This document shows, one piece after another, positions 36,900-50,300 of a DNA stretch of 64,000 nucleotides. The translations under genes were made by a program, and so were the position numbers. Location: contig NC_091979.1 in NCBI RefSeq assembly GCF_044704955.1, positions 162,006,001-162,070,000 of the forward strand. Reading direction: 5' to 3'. Source of the DNA: Pristiophorus japonicus. Taxonomy: Eukaryota. The first letter of the stretch is position 1. Each line of letters starts with the position of its first letter. The notes under the pieces were generated by a model. The model made no database searches. It was not told the origin of the DNA and worked only from the letters and a program-made list of their open reading frames with translations.

Positions 36900-39800
36900 T
36901 GGAATAGTTGACGCTGAGCTCTCGTGCAGCAAAGCGTTCGTGGATAAGCTGCTGGCTTGAGCAATCGTTTAAAGGGGCACGATGGCCCGCCCTCCTCCGC
37001 CGACCTACTCCAGGTTCAGGTAGTTGCATGGCTTCCTCGTCCTTGGCCTCCTGTTTATCATCTGCATCTTCCTCATCGGTATCATCAGCCACTCTCACCG
37101 CAGGTGGGTTTTCTCCTAATAGCTGCTGCTACCTCATGAAGGCTAAGCTATGCAGCATGCAGCACACAACAGTGAACTGACCGACAATTTCAGGGGAATT
37201 TAGCAAGTAGCCTCCAGGCATCAGAAATGCTGTTTTAAGATGCCAATGGTCCTCTCCATGATGCTGCGTGTTGCAATGTGCGACATGTGGTATTCCCGGT
37301 CAGCTTCCGTCCGGGTTATGTGTAGGGGCATCATGAGCCAGGTGGCGAGGCTGTACCCTTTGTCTCCCAGTAGCCAGCTCTGTCCTTCTGGCTGCTGCTG
37401 AAACATGGCTGATATAACGCTCTCACGTAGGATGAACGCATCATGGGTGCTCCCAGGGTAACTTCCACCGACTGACATGATGTGATGCATGTCGTCACAC
37501 ACGAGCTGCACATCAATAGAGTGGAAGCCTTTTCTGTTCCTGTACATCTTGGAATCCTCCAAAGGTGCTCGCCTTTGGATGGTATCCAGGATGGTATGTT
37601 GCCTCCCTGGTGCAAGGGTCAAGGATGTTTCGGAGCGGGTGCAGGACATTCTAAAAAGGGAGGGAGAACAGCCAGTTGTCGTGGTGCACATTGATACCAA
37701 CGACATAGGTAAAAAAAGGGATGAGGTCCGATGAGACGAATTTAAGGAGCTAGGAGCTAAATTAAAAAGTAGGACCTCAAAATTAGTAATCTCGGGATTG
37801 CTACCAGTGCCATGTGCTAGTCAGAGTAGGAATCACAGGATAGCGCAGATGAATACGTGGCTTGAGCAGTGGTGCAGCAGGGAGGGATTCAAATTCCTGG
37901 GGCATTGGAACCGGTTCTGGGGGAGGTGGGACCTGTACAAACCGGACGGTCTGCACCTGGGCAGGACCGGAACCAATGTCCCAGGGGGAGTGTTTGCTAG
38001 TGCTGTTGGGGAGGAGTTAAACTAATATGGCAGGGGGATGGGAACCAATGCAGGGAGACAGAGGGAAACAAAAAGGAGACAAAAGCAAAAGACAGAAAGG
38101 AGATGAGTAAAAGTGGAGGGCAGAGAAACCCAAGGCAAAAAACAAAAAGGGCCACTGAATAGAAAGGGGCTGCAGGAGGGGTCAAAACTAAAAATCATGG
38201 TTTAAAACTAGGATTAAAACACTCTACCTAAATGCACGCAGCATTCGAAATAAAGTAAATGAGTTGACGGCACAAATCATTACAAATGGGTATGATTTGG
38301 TGGCCATTACAGAAACATGGTTGCAGGGTGGCCAAAACTGGGAATTAAACATACAGGGGTATCTGACAATTCGGAAAGATAGACAAGAAGGGAAAGGAGG
38401 TGGGGTAGCTCTGTTAATAAAGGATGATATCAGGGCAGTTGTGAGAGACGATATTGGTTCCAGTGAACAAAATGTTGAATCATTGTGGGTGGAGATTAGA
38501 GATAGTAGGGGGAAAAAGTCACTGGTGGGCGTAGTTTATAGGCCCCAAATAATAACTTCACGGTGGGGCGGGCAATAATCAAGGGAATAATGGAGGCATG
38601 TGAAAAAGGAACGGCAGTAGTCATGGGGGATTTTAATCTACATATCGATTGGTCAAATCAAATCGCACGGGGTAGCCTGGAGGAGGAATTCATACAATGC
38701 ATATGGGATTGTTTCTTAGAACAGTATGTTACAGAACCTACAAGGGAGCAAGCTATCTTAGATCTGGTCCTGTGTAATAAGACAGGAAAAATAAACGATC
38801 TCCTAGTAAAAGATCCTCTCGGAATGAGTGATCACAGTATGGTTGAATTTGTAATACAGATTGAGGGTGAGGAAGTTGTGTCAGAAATGAGCATACTATG
38901 CTTAAACAAAGGGGACTACAGTGGGATGAGGGCAGAGTTGGCTAAAGTAGACTGGGAACACAGACTAAACGTTGGCACAATTGAGGAACAGTGGAGGACT
39001 TTTAAGGAGCTCTTTCATAGTGCGCAACAAAAATATATTCCAGTGAAAAAGAAGGGTGGTAAGAGAAGGGATAACCAGCCATGGATAACCAAGGAAATAA
39101 AGGAGAGTATCAAATCAAAGACCAATGCGTATAAGGTGGCCAAAGTTAATGGGAAACTAGAAGATTGGGAAAATTTTAAACAACAGCAAAGAATGATTAA
39201 AAAAACAATAAAGAAAGGAAAGATAGATTTCGAAGGTAAACTTGCGCAAAACATAAAAACAGATAGTAAAAGCTTTTACAGATATATAAAACGGAAAAGA
39301 GTGACTAAAGTAAATGTTGGTCCCTTAGAAGATGAGAAGGGGGATTTAATAATGGGAAATGTGGAAATGGCTGAGACCTTAAACAATTATTTTGCTTCGG
39401 TCTTCACAGTGGAAGACACAAAAATCATGCCAAAAATTGCTGGTCACAGGAATGTGGGAAGGGAGGACCTTGAGACAATCACTATCACTAGCGGGGTAGT
39501 GCTGGACAGGCTAATGGGATTGAAGGTAGACAAGTCCCCTGGTCCTGATGAAATGCATCCCAGGGTATTAAAAGAGATGGCGGAAGTTACAGCAGATGCA
39601 TTTGTTATAATCAACCAAAATTCTCTGGACTCTGGGGAGGTACCAGCGGATTGGAAAGCAGCTAATGTAACGCCTCTGTTTAAAAAAGGGGGCAGACAAA
39701 AGGCAGGTAACTGTAGGCCGGATAGTTTAACATCTGTCGTGGGGAAAATGCTTGAAACTATCATTAAGGAAGAAATAGCAGGACATCTAGATAGAAATAG

Positions 39801-41635
39801 TGCAATCAAGCAGACGCAGCATGGATTCATGAAGGGGAAATCATGTTTAACTAATTTACTAGAATTCTTTGAGGATATAACGAGCATGGTGGATAGAGGT
39901 GTACCGATGGATGTGGTGTATTTAGATTTCCAAAAGGCATTCGATAAGGTGCCACACAAAAGGTTACTGCAGAAGATAGAGGTACGTGGAGTCAGAGGAA
40001 ATGTATTAACATGGATAGAGAATTGGCTAGCGAACAGAAAGCAGAGAGTTGGGATAAATGGGTCCTTTTCGGGTTGGAAATCGGTGGTTAGTGGTGTGCC
40101 ACAGGGATCGGTGCTGGGACCACAACTGTTGACAATACACATAGATGACCTGGAAGAGGGGACAGAGTGTAGTGTAACAAAATTTGCAGATGACACTAAG
40201 ATTAGTGGGAAAGCGGGTTGTGTAGAGGACACAGAGAGGATGCAAAGAGATTTGGATAGGTTAAGCGAATGGTCGAAGGTTTGGCAGATGGAATACAATG
40301 TCGGAAAGTGTGAGGTCATCCACCTTGGGAAAAAAAAACAGTAAAAGGGAATATTATTTGAATGGGGAGAAATTACAACATGCTGCGGTGCAGAGGGATC
40401 TGGGGGTCCTTGTGCATGAATCCCAAAAAGTTAGTTTGCAGGTGCAGCAGGTAATCAGGAAGGCAAATGGAATGTTGGCCTTCATTGCGAGAGGGATGGA
40501 GTACAAAAGCAGGGAGGTCCTGCTGCAACTGTACAGGGTATTGGTGAGGCCACACCTGGAGTACTGCGTGCAGTTTTCGTCACCTTACTTAAGGAAGGAT
40601 ATACTGGCTTTGGAGGGGGTACAGAGACGATTCACTGGGCTGATTCCGGAGATGAGGGGGTTACTTTATGATGATAGATTGAGTATACTGGGTCTTTACT
40701 CGTTGGAGTTCAGAAGGATGAAGGGTGATCTTATAGAAACATTTAAAATGATGAAAGGGATAGACAAGATAGAGGCAGAGAGGTTGTTTCCACTGGTAGG
40801 GGAGGCTAGAACTAGAGGGCACAGCCTCAAAATACGGGGGAGCCAATTTAAAACCGAGTTGAGAAGGAATTTCTTCTCCCAGAGGGTTGTGAATCTCTGG
40901 AATTCTCTGCCCAAGGAAGCAGTTGAGGTTAGCTCATTGAATGTATTCAAGTCACAGAACGATAGAATTTTAACCCATAAGGGAATTAAGGGTTACGGGG
41001 AGAGGGCAGGTAAGTGGAGCCATGATCTTATTGAATGGCGGAGCAGGCTCGAGGGGCTAGATGGTCTACTCCTGTTCCTAATTCTTATGTTTTTATAAGG
41101 CGATGTGAGTACAATCAATGCAGCCCTGTACTTTTGGGAAGCCAGCAATCCTGGAGAAGCCCACAGCCCTGAGACGCATTGCCTGGGTGGTCATGGGGAA
41201 CTTTATGTAGTCACTTTTCTGGGCATATAGTGCAGCTGTCACCTGCCGAATGCAGACGTGTGTTGCATGTTGAGAAATGGGGCACACATCCTAAGTTGTA
41301 GCTTGAAATGATCCAGAGGCATAGAATGAAAGTGCAGCTGTAACCTTCATTTCAACTGACAAAGCAGTCCTCCTGAGGCTTCTAGGTTGCAGGTCTGCTT
41401 TCAACAACTCACAGATCTCATTTACAATGTCTTTGCGGAAACACAGCCTTCTGACACAGTCTGCATCACTCAAGTGGAGGTACGAATGCCTGGCTCGATA
41501 TACCTGAGGTGGGTAAGGCCTCCTGCCCAGCACCCTATGGGCTCCGAGGTTCCTCATGCAAGATGTCAAATTATTTGTCTCCTCCGTAGCACCGTGATAC
41601 AGAAGGCACTCACAAGGTATGGCATTGTCAGTATT
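36900..41635 (-). pseudogene. Harbinger transposase (HARBI1-like DDE), split by a CR1
   Basis: AALSFYASGSFQ...GFPKVQGCIDCTHIAL (41635-41097) joins in frame to RAPLE..NRKGFHSI..YPGSTHDAF..LLGDKGY..MERTIGILK (37572 downward). Confidence 0.88.
37573..41096 (+). mobile_element. CR1 LINE with near-intact ORF2
   Basis: ORF1 esterase end, then ORF2 in three overlapping pieces (38264-38578, 38563-40344, 40298-41098) covering APE, RT (FADD) and the C-terminus. Confidence 0.95.
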
Positions 41636-42735
41636 AACATAGAAACATCGAAAATAGGTACAGGAGTAGGCCATTTGGCACTTCAAGCCTGCACCACCAA
41701 TCAATATGATCATGGCTGATCATGCAACTTCAGAACCCCATTCCTGCTTTCTCTCTATACCCCTTGAACCCTTTAGCCGTAGGGCCACATCTAACTCCAT
41801 TTTGAATATATCTAACGAACTGGCCTCATAAACTTTCTGTGCTGGAGAATTCCACAATTCTCTGAGTGAAGAAGTTTCTCCTCATCTCGGTCCCAAATGA
41901 CTGACTCCTTATCCCTAGTCTGTGAACCCTGGTTCTGGACTTCCCCAACATTGGAAACATTCTTCCTGCATCTAACATCTCCAATCCCGTCAGAATTGTA
42001 TATGTTTCTATGAGATCCCCTCTCATTCTTCTAAATTCCAATGAATATAAGCCTAGTCGATCCCATCTTTCTTCATATGTCAGTTCTGCCATCCCGGGAA
42101 TCAGTCTGGTGAACCTTCGCTGCACTCCCTCAATAGCAAAAATATCCTTCTCAGATTAGGATACCAAAACTGCACACAATACTCAATGTGTGGTCTCACC
42201 AAGGCCCTGTACCAGTAAGACCGGCCTGCTCCTTTACTCAAATCCTCTAGCTATGAAGGCCAGCATGCCATTTGCCTTCTTTACTGCCTACTGTACCTGC
42301 ATGCTGACCTTCAATGACTGATGTACCATGACACCCAGGTCTCGTTGCATCTCCCCTTTTACTAATCTGTCACCATTCAGATAATAATCTGCCTTCCTGT
42401 TTTTGCAACCAAAGTGGATAACCTCACACTTATCCTCATTATACTGCATCTGTCATGCATTTGCCCATTCACCTAACCTGTCCAAGTCACCCTGCAGCCT
42501 CCTAGCATCCTCCTCGCAGCTCGCACTGCCACCCAGCTTAGTGTCATCTGCAAACTTGGAGATATTAATTTAATTTCTTTGTCTAAATCATTAATGTATA
42601 TTGTAAATAATTGGGGTCCCAGCACTGCACCATGCGGCACCCCACTAGTCATTGCCTGCCATTCTGAAAAGGACCCGTTTATTCCCACTCTTTGCTTCCT
42701 GTCTGCCAACCAGTTCTCTATCCACGTCAATACAT

Positions 42736-42784
42736 TTAGGGTTAGGGTAAGGGTTAGGGTTAGGGTTAGGGTTAACCCTAACCC
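42736..42784. repeat. Short interstitial telomeric sequence, head-to-head
   Basis: TTAGGG TTAGGG TAAGGG TTAGGG TTAGGG TTAGGG T TAACCC TAACCC; absent from sibling CR1 copies (e.g. 33330-33360). Confidence 0.95.
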
Positions 42785-42882
42785 CAATACCAGGTGCCTT
42801 AATTTTGCACACTAATCTCTTGTGTGGGACCTTATCAAAAGCCTTTTGAAAGTCCAAATACAACACATCCACTGGTTCTCCC

Positions 42883-45800
42883 GAATGTGTTCCTAACACA
42901 GATGAGGCTGCACACAGGGAGGTTAAAGTAACAGCGACCTCAGTCTTTATAAAGACACTCCAGAGTGAGGAACAGGCCTTAGGGGCCGGTTTATATACAG
43001 TGCTCCCAAGGGATGCTGGGATCCCTTGGGACTTCAGGGGATGCGCTCCCTGGTGGCAGAACATGGGAGTGCATGCTTTACAGATACACAACATCACTCC
43101 ACCCCCAAAGTTAAAGTGAAAACTATTTACAAGGTTAGACGGTCGGGAGCCTTTCTTTCCCTGGTGGACTGCCTCGGTACAAATGTCTGTTCTGGTGTGT
43201 TGGCTGTGCCCTCACTGGGCTGGTGTGTTGTTGGCCCTGCAGCGCTGCTGGGTGAGCCTGGCCTTACTGTGCTGTTGGGCGTGATGGGTTCAATTTCCTG
43301 GTCCAGGGTGGTGTCGTTGATCCTTTGGGTGTGTGTTGTGGGCTCGAAAAAGGTGGTGTCTGCTGTGCTCAAGGTAATCTGTGAACCGCAGCCTCGTTTG
43401 GTCCAGGTGCTTTCTGCAAATTTGTCCATTTTCTAGTTTGACTACAAACAGCCTACTCCCTTTAGCTATCACCGTGCCCGCGATCCACTTGGGACCATGA
43501 CCATAATTTAGCGCATACACAGGGTCATTCAGATCAATTTCCCGTGACACAGTGGCGTGACCATCGTTTACATTTTGTTGCTGCCGCCTGCCCTTTACCT
43601 GATCATGCAGGTTGGGGTGAACCAGCGAGAGTCTGGTTTTAAGTGTCCTTTTCATGAGTAGCTCAGCCGGGGGCACCCCTGTGAGCGAGTGGGGTCTCGT
43701 GCGGTAGCTGAGCAGTACTCGGGACAGGCAGGTTTGGAGTGAGACTTCTGTGACTCGTTTAAGGCTCTGTTTGATTGTTTGTACTGTCCGCTCTGCCTGC
43801 CCACTGGAGCTGGTTTAAACGGGGCCGATGTGACATGTTTGATCCCATTGCGGGTCATGAATTCTTTAAATTCAGCACTGGTGAAACATGGCCCGCTGTC
43901 ACTGACCAGTATGTCAGGCAGGCCTTGGGTGGCAAACATGGCCCTCAGGCTTTCAATGGTGGGCAGTGGCGGTGCTTCCAGACATTATTTCACATTCAAT
44001 CCATATTGAAAAAGCATCCACCACCACCAGGAACATTTTACTGAGAAACGGACCTGCATAGTCTACATGGATCCTCAACCATGGTCTGGAGGGCCAGGAC
44101 CACAAACTTAGTGGTGCCTCTCTGGGCGTGTTGCTCAACTGAGCACACACGTTGCATTGCCGTACACAGGACTCAAAGTCAGAGTCGATACCGGGCCACC
44201 ACACCATACTATACCCGGGTGTGTGCTGTGGAGATCCGAGATGAATGGCTCACTGCCCTTTTTGGGTAACACTACGTGGTTACCCCACAACAGGCAGTCT
44301 GCCTGAATGGACAGCTCATCCTTTCACCGCTGGAATGGCTTGATTAGCTCTTGCATTTCAACACGGATGCTGGCCCAGCTCCCACACAGTATACAGTTTT
44401 TTACTCGGGACAGCAGAGGATCTTGGCTGGTCCAATCCTAATCTGGCGGGCCATGACAGGTGATTTATCATTTTCAAATGCTTCCATGACCATCAATAAG
44501 TCTGCGGGCTGCGCCACCATCAACAAGTTTGCAGGCTGCGCCATTTCCACCCCCGTGGTGGGCAATGGTAGCCAACTGAGAGCATCCGCACAGTTCTTGG
44601 TGCCTGGCCTGTGGCAGATGGTATAGTTATACGCTGATAGCGTGAGTGCCCACCTTTGTATGCGGGCTGAGGCATTAGTAGTTATCCCCTTGTTTTCAGC
44701 GAACAGGGATATGATGGGCTTGTGATCGGTTTCCAGCTCAAATTTGAGGCCAAACTGGTACTGATGCATTTTTTTTACCCTGAAAGTGCTGTCGGCCCTC
44801 TCGGCCTTAGACAAGCTCCTGGAGGCATAGGCGACATGTTGCAATTTCCCCGCAAGGTTAGCTTGTTGGAATACACACTACAATGCATTACATGCTAACA
44901 CAAGTCTTTTACAAGGGTTATACAGTACAAGCAGCTTGTTGGAGCATAAAATGTTTCTGGCTTTCTCAAAAGCAATTACTTGTTTTTTTTCCCATACCCA
45001 GTTCTCACCTTTACACAATAACACATGTAGGGGCTCTAAGAGGGTGCTTAACCCCAGTAGGAAGTTACCAAAATAGTTGAGGAGTCCCAGGAACGACCGC
45101 AGCTCCGTGATGTTCTGTGGCCTGGGCGCGTTCCTGATAGCCTCTGTCTTGGTGTCTGTGGGCCGAATGCCATCCGCCGTGATCTTTCTCCCCAAAAACT
45201 CCACTTCTGTTGCCATGAAGACGCATTTCGACCTCTTCAGCCGCAGCCCTACGCAATCCAGTCGCTGGAGGACCTCCTCCAGGTTTGTAGGTGCTCGACG
45301 GTGACCAATATGTCGTCCTGAAAAACCATCATGCGTGGTACCGACTTGAGTAGGCTTTCCATGTTTCTCTGGAAGGTCACTGCAGCCGACCGAATTTCAA
45401 ACGGGCATCTGCTGTAGATGAACAGTCCCTTGTGCGCGTTGATGCAGATGAGGCCCTTCAAAGACTCCTCCAGCTCCTGCGTCATGTAGGCCGAAGTCAG
45501 GTCGAGCTTGGTGAACGTCTTGCCTCCTGCCAGCGTCGCAAATAGGTCGTCTGCCTTCGGTAGCGGGTATTGGTGAGAAATGATTAATAGTTACTTTATA
45601 ATTGCTGCAAATCCTGACCGTGCCATCACTTTTGAGAACTGGAACAATTGGGCTGGCCCACTTGCTGAATTCCACTGGGGAGATGATGCTCTCGCGTTGC
45701 AGCCTGTCCAGCTCAATTTCCACTCTCTCCCTCATCATGTGAGGTACCGCTCACGCCTTGTGGTGAATGGGTCGTGCCTCTGGGACCAAGTGAATCCGCA

Positions 45801-47398
45801 CCTTCACCCCGGAAATGTTTCCAATGCCTCGCTCAAAAAGGGAAGGAAATTTGTTAAGAACCTGGATACATGAGGCCTCATTGACATGTGATAGCGTTCG
45901 GATGTCATCCCAGTTCCAGCGGATTTTGCCCAGCCAGCTCCTTCCAAGCAGTGTGGGGCCATCGCATGGGACAATCCAGAGTGGCAGTTCGTGCACCGTG
46001 CCCTCGTAAGTGACCTTGACCATGACGCTGCCCAGCACAGTGATGAGCTCTTTGGTGTACGTTCTCAGTTTCATGTGAATGGGGCTCAGGGCTGGTCTGA
46101 GTGCCTTGTTGCACCACAGTCTCTCAAACATCTTTTGACTCATGATGGATTGGCTAGCTCCAGTGTCCAGTTCCATGGCTATCGGTAAGCCATTCAATTT
46201 TACATTTCACATTATAGATGGACATTTTGTCGAAAATGTGTGCACCCCGTGTACTTCAGCATCTGCCTCCTCTCTCTGAGGCTCGAAATTGCTTTGATCC
46301 ACCATGGACTGATCTTCCTCTGCCACGTGGTGGTTAGCAGGTTTTGCAGAGCTTGCAGCTCGTCTGCAAGCTCATTGGAGGTGCCCCATTGTTCCACAGC
46401 TCTTGCAAACATACCCTTTGAAGCGGCATGAATAGGCTGAATGGAAGCCTCGACAACGCCAACAAGGTGTGAATTGCCTTGCATTCATCCTTTGTTGCGG
46501 ACTCTGAGTCATCTGGGTCACCTGAGGCCTGCTGGCAGTTGCAGACTCGTGGTTTCTTCCCTGTACATTTCTGCTCGCAAACACAGTTCCAGTTATTAAA
46601 TGAACATTGCGAGCACTTGTGTGCTGAGAGATTTGTTTGGTGTTATCACTGGTGGACATAAACGCCTGTGCTATCGCAATGGCCTTACTGAGTGTCGGTG
46701 TCTCTGCAGTCAAAAGTTTTCGTAAGGTGGTCTTGTGGACAATGCCCAGTTCAAAAAAGTCTCTGAGCATCTGTTCCACGTAGCCATCAAAATCACATTG
46801 TCCTGCAAGTCGCCTTAGCTCGGTGACGTAGCTCGCCACTTCCTGACCTTCAGATCGCTGGCACGTGTCGAACCGATACCTTGCCATCAGCATGCTCTCC
46901 CATGGGTTAAGATGCTCCCGAACCAGTGTACACAGCTCCTCATATGACTTATCTGTGGGTTTCACCGAGCCAGAAGATTCTTCATGAGGCTGTCGGTCGG
47001 TGTCCCGCAGGCCGCGAGGAGGACCGTTCTCCTTTTTGCAGCGCTTCCTTCTCCGTCCAACTCGTTGGCTACAATATACTAGTCTAGATGTTCAACATAG
47101 GCTTCCCAGTCCTCACCCTCCGAGAACTTTTCCAGGATGCCCACAGTTTGCTGCATCTTTGCGTTGGATTCGTATTCTCGTCGCCAGTTATTGTGTCCCT
47201 ACACAGATGAGACTGCACACAGGGAGGTTAAAGTAACAGTGACCTCAGTCTTTAATAAGACACTCCAGAGTGAGGAATAGGCCTTAGGGGCCGGCTAATA
47301 TATAGTACTCCTAAGGGATGCTGGGATCCCTTGGGACTTCAGGGGATGCACTCCCTGGTGGCGGAATATGGGAGTGCATGCTTTACAGGTACACAACA
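42883..47398 (-). mobile_element. Gypsy (Mag-like) LTR retrotransposon 2
   Basis: LTRs 42883-43093 and 47189-47398, TSD CTCCC, PBS TGGCGACGAG 47177-47186. Gag CCHC, protease LDTGAS, RT, RNase H and integrase fragments. Confidence 0.95.
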
Positions 47399-50300
47399 CT
47401 CCCTTATCCACTCTACTAGTTGCATCCTCAAAAAATTTTAGATTTGTCAAGCATGATTTCCTTTTCATAATTCCATGCTGACTTGGACTGATCCTGTCAC
47501 TGCTTTCCAAATGCGCTGCTATTACATCTTTAATAATTGATTCCAACATTTTCCCCACTACCGATGTCAGACTAACCGGTCTATAATTCCGTTTTCTCTC
47601 TCCCTCCTTTTTTAAAAAGTGGGGTCACATTAGCTACCCTCCAATCCATAGGAACTGAACCAGAGTCTAGAGAATGTGGAAAATTACTACCAATAGAACC
47701 ATTATTTCTAGGGCCACTTTCTTAAGTACTCTGGGATGAAGACTATCAGGCCCTGGGGATTTATCGGCCTTCAATCCCTTCAATTTCTCTAACACCATTT
47801 CCTGACTAATAAGGATTTCCCTCAGTTCCCCCTTCTCTCTAGACCCTCGGTCCCCTAGTATTTTCGGGAGATTATTTATATCTTCCTTAGTGAAGACAGA
47901 ACCGAAGTATTTGTTCAATTGGTCTGCCATTTCCTTGTTCCCCATTATGAATTCCCTTGATTCTGACTGCAAAGGACCTACATTAGTCTTCACTAATCTT
48001 TTTCTCTTCACATATCAATGGATGCTTTTGCAGTCAGTTTTTATGTTCCCTGCAAGCTTACTTTCAGACTCTATTTTCCCCCTCCTAATTAAACACTTTG
48101 TCCCCCTCTGCTGAATACTAAATTTCTCCCAGTCCTCAGGCTTGCTGTTTTTTCCGACCAATTTATATGCCTCTTCCTTGGATTTAACACTTTCCCTAAT
48201 TTCCCTTCTTAGCCACGATTGAGCCACCTTCCCTTTTTTATTCTTACACCACACAGGGATGTAGGATTGTTGTAGTTCATCCTTGTGATATTTAAATGTC
48301 TGCCATTGCCTATCCACCGTCAACCCTTTAAGCATCATTCTCCAGTCTATCCTAGCCAATTCACCTCTCATACCGTCGAAGTTTCCTTTCTTTAAGTTCA
48401 GGACCCTAGTCTCGGAATTAACTGTATCACTCTCCATCTTAATGAAGAATTCTACCATATTATGGTCACTCTTCCCCAAGGGGCCACGCATGACCAGATT
48501 GCTAATTAATCCTCTCTCGTTACACAAGATCCAGTCGAGGATGGCCTGCTCTCTAGTTGGTTCCTTGACATATTGGTCTAGAAAATCATCCCTTATGCAC
48601 TCCAGGAAATCCTCCTTCATAGTATTGCTACCAGTTTGGTTAGCCCAATCAATGTGCAGATTAAAATCACCCATGATCACTCCTGTAACCTTATTGCACG
48701 CGTCCCTAATTTCCTGTTTGATGCCATCCCCAACCTCCCTATTATAGTTTGGTGGTCTGTACACAACTCCCATTAATGTTTTCTGCCCTTTGCTGTTTCG
48801 CAGCTCTATCCATATTGATTCCACATCATCCATGTTAATGTCCTTCCTTACTGTTGCGTTAATCTCCTCTTTAACCAATAACGCTACCCCACCTCCTTTT
48901 CCTTCCTGTCTGTCCTTCCTGAATATTGAATACTCCTGGATGTTGAGTTCCCAGCCTTGGTTACCTTGGAGCCATGTCTCCATAATCCCAATTACATCAT
49001 ATCCGTTAACAGCTATCTGCGCAGTCATTCATCCATCTTATTACGAATGCTCCTCGCATTGAGACTCAGAGCCTTCAGGCTTGTTTTTTTTAACACTCTT
49101 TGTCCTTTTAGAATTATGTTGTAATGTGGCCCTTTTTGCTTTTTGCCTTGGGTTTCTCTGCCCTCCAAGCTTGCTTTTCTCCTTCCTACCTTTTGCTTCT
49201 TTCCCCTTTTTACTTCCCTCTGCCTCCCTGCATAGGTTCCCATCCACCTGCCTTTTTAGTTCAACCCCTCCCCAACAGCACTAGCAAACACTCCGCCTAG
49301 GACATAGGTTCCGGTCCTGCCCAGGTGCAGACCGTCTGGTTTCTACTGGTCCCACCTCCGCCAGAACCGGTTCCAATCTCCCAGGAATTTGAATCCCTCC
49401 CCCTTGCACCATTCCTCAAGCCATGTATTTAGCTGAGCTATCGTGCAATTCCTACTCTGACTAACACGTGGCACTGGTAGCAATCCTGAGATTACGACCT
49501 TTGAGGTCCTAATTTTTAATTTAACTCCTAGCTCCCTAAATTCAGTTTGGAGGACCTCATCCAGTTTTTTACCTATATCGTTGGTACCTATATGTACTAC
49601 GACAGCTGGCTGTTCACTCTCCCCCTCCAGAATGCGCTGCAGCCGCTCCGAGACATCCTGGAGTCTCGCTTGCGGCCGCAGAAACACTTGTCTATTCCTC
49701 TTACAACAGAATCACTATAGCTCTCCCACTCTTTTTCCTGCCCTCCTGTGCAGCAGAGCCACCCCTGATGCCATGGACTTGGCTGCTGCTGCCTTCCCCT
49801 GATGAGTCGTCTCCCCCAACAGTACCCAAGGTGGTGTATCTGTTTTGTAGGGAGATGCCCGCAGGGGACCCCTGACCTACCTTCCTTCCACTGCTCTTCC
49901 TGATGGTCACTCATTCCCTATTTGCCTGTGTCACCTTTACCTGCGGTGTGACCAACTCACTTAATGTGCTATTCACGACATCCTCAGCATCGTTGATGCT
50001 CCACTTTGAATCCCTCCGCAGCTCCAGTGCCACAATGCGGTCTGTCAGGAACTGCGGCTGGATACACTTCCTGCACATTTAGTTGTCAGGGACATATAGC
50101 ACAGGAGGAGATGACATGGTTCTGGATTCTCCTGCCATGACGTAACCCTTAAATTACTTAATTTGGCAACAATGCCAAAGGTTTCTTACTGCTAAGAACA
50201 AGAAAAAAGATAAAGAAAAAGAAAACTACTCACCACTCAACCAGCCAATCACTTACCCTCTTGGCTGTGACATCACCCTTCGATTACTTTTTACTTCTTT

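Noticed and set aside
39444-40319. 291-aa antisense ORF and similar antisense ORFs over CR1/Gypsy
   Set aside because: Shadow frames of RT coding sequence with no independent evidence.
36900-41635. Domesticated host HARBI1 (and NAIF1/MSANTD for the Myb ORF)
   Set aside because: Stops, frameshifts, LINE insertions and flanking TIRs indicate dead transposon copies.
42473-43097. ORFs with LTLTLT / NPNPNP / RVRVRV repeats
   Set aside because: Translations of the telomeric hexamer insert, not proteins.
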